Assembly (NCBI RefSeq): GCF_963921235.1
Contig: NC_086097.1
Location: 15,500,001-15,564,000 of the forward strand
Direction: 5' to 3'
DNA: 64,000 bases
Source of the DNA: Mobula hypostoma
Lineage: Eukaryota
Both the position numbers and the translations under genes were made by a program. Of this stretch, positions 63,106 to 64,000 are shown piece by piece (positions within the stretch are counted from its first letter, which is position 1; each line of letters opens with the position of its first letter). Below the pieces are notes generated by a model. That model searched no databases. It was given only the letters and a program-made list of their open reading frames with translations, and was not told the DNA's origin.

Positions 63106-63804
63106 GTCACTTCCTATGACTTCCCTGAGTTGTTCTTCACAATGAATCATTATGAGTCATGTTTTGTATGACATTACTGACCGAAGTGACTTTAGACTTC
63201 TATAGCATGAGATAAGGTCAAACTAAGGTCAGTCAGCCTGCTTATTTTAGCAACAGGTAAGTAAAAAGAAAGAAGGATAATTAATATATCACCTTCCTTA
63301 TACTGCCAGAATAGGCTACCTGTCATACTGCAACATTTCTCTAGTGGTTGGCCTAGATTTATTCCTATGTTTGGTTTCTACAAGATCCAAAATCCCTGAG
63401 ATAGCTCCCAATTTAATCAAGATGGTGAATTCTAGGGATAGTATTCCATAAAGCAGAGGAGAGGCAAATTTGTAAGTTTTGCTTGAAATTTTTAAAAAAG
63501 TTCACATTTTCTTCTGCATCTCAGCAGGCGTATGAATGTAATTAATCCAAACACATTGACAGTTAATAATTAGCTTCATTCTAAATGTGGTACCAACATA
63601 TATTAATCAGGCAGGTTGCTAATGGAAAATTAGTTGCTCTAGTGTCAGATACGATTTATTTTCTGGGAGGCATGGGTGACTACACAGTTACTGTGATGTT
63701 ATGCATATAATTTCACATTTGCTTCCAAGCCATTTTATCTGAAGGCATGTTATTCTTGAACAGTGTACCTTATCATCAGAACACCATACATTTCTTCCCT
63801 ATAG

Positions 63805-63968
63805 CCACCAAGCCAGTCTTCAAGTGGAGTCTTTGCAAGAACAACTTCAGGCCATCACGAAGCAGCGAGACGATACGATGGTGCAGCTGCGTGCCGCTCA
63901 AGAACAAGTGAAGCAGTATGCAATGTCACTGACTAACCTGCAGATGGTGATAGAGCAATTTCAACAGG
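63805..63968 (+). CDS. TRIP11: TRIP11 coding exon (exon-14 equivalent)
   Basis: ctatag|...|gtgaga, 164 bp, phase 2 to 1. [54 protein letters not shown]. Confidence 0.95.
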
Positions 63969-64000
63969 GTGAGATGTTGCTCAAGCAAAACAAGTGGCTT

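Overview
This is vertebrate genomic DNA. The repeat landscape (V-SINEs, CR1, Rex/Babar, Penelope) suggests a cartilaginous fish, probably a ray, but that is an inference. The window lies inside one + strand gene, TRIP11 (golgin GMAP-210). I found 12 coding exons with canonical AG/GT boundaries and consistent reading phase, from the exon-2 equivalent at 9677 to the exon-14 equivalent at 63968, including a 3039-bp coiled-coil exon. The first exon and the C-terminal GRAB exons are outside the window. The introns are mostly transposable elements: CR1, Rex1/Babar and RTE LINEs, Penelope-like elements, V-SINEs, Tc1, Tigger and hAT DNA transposons, and a solo LTR. The most notable non-coding signals are (1) a TSD-flanked ~560-bp non-coding retroelement whose 5' end folds by hand into a complete HDV-like ribozyme with an extra hairpin after L3; (2) about 8-10 Penelope-type minimal hammerhead ribozyme motifs, several intact and in the sense orientation of the pre-mRNA; (3) a four-level LINE nest; (4) a three-layer composite MITE; and (5) no detectable counterpart of human TRIP11 exon 7. 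All family assignments and RNA folds were made by eye. Human exon numbers and sizes are from memory.
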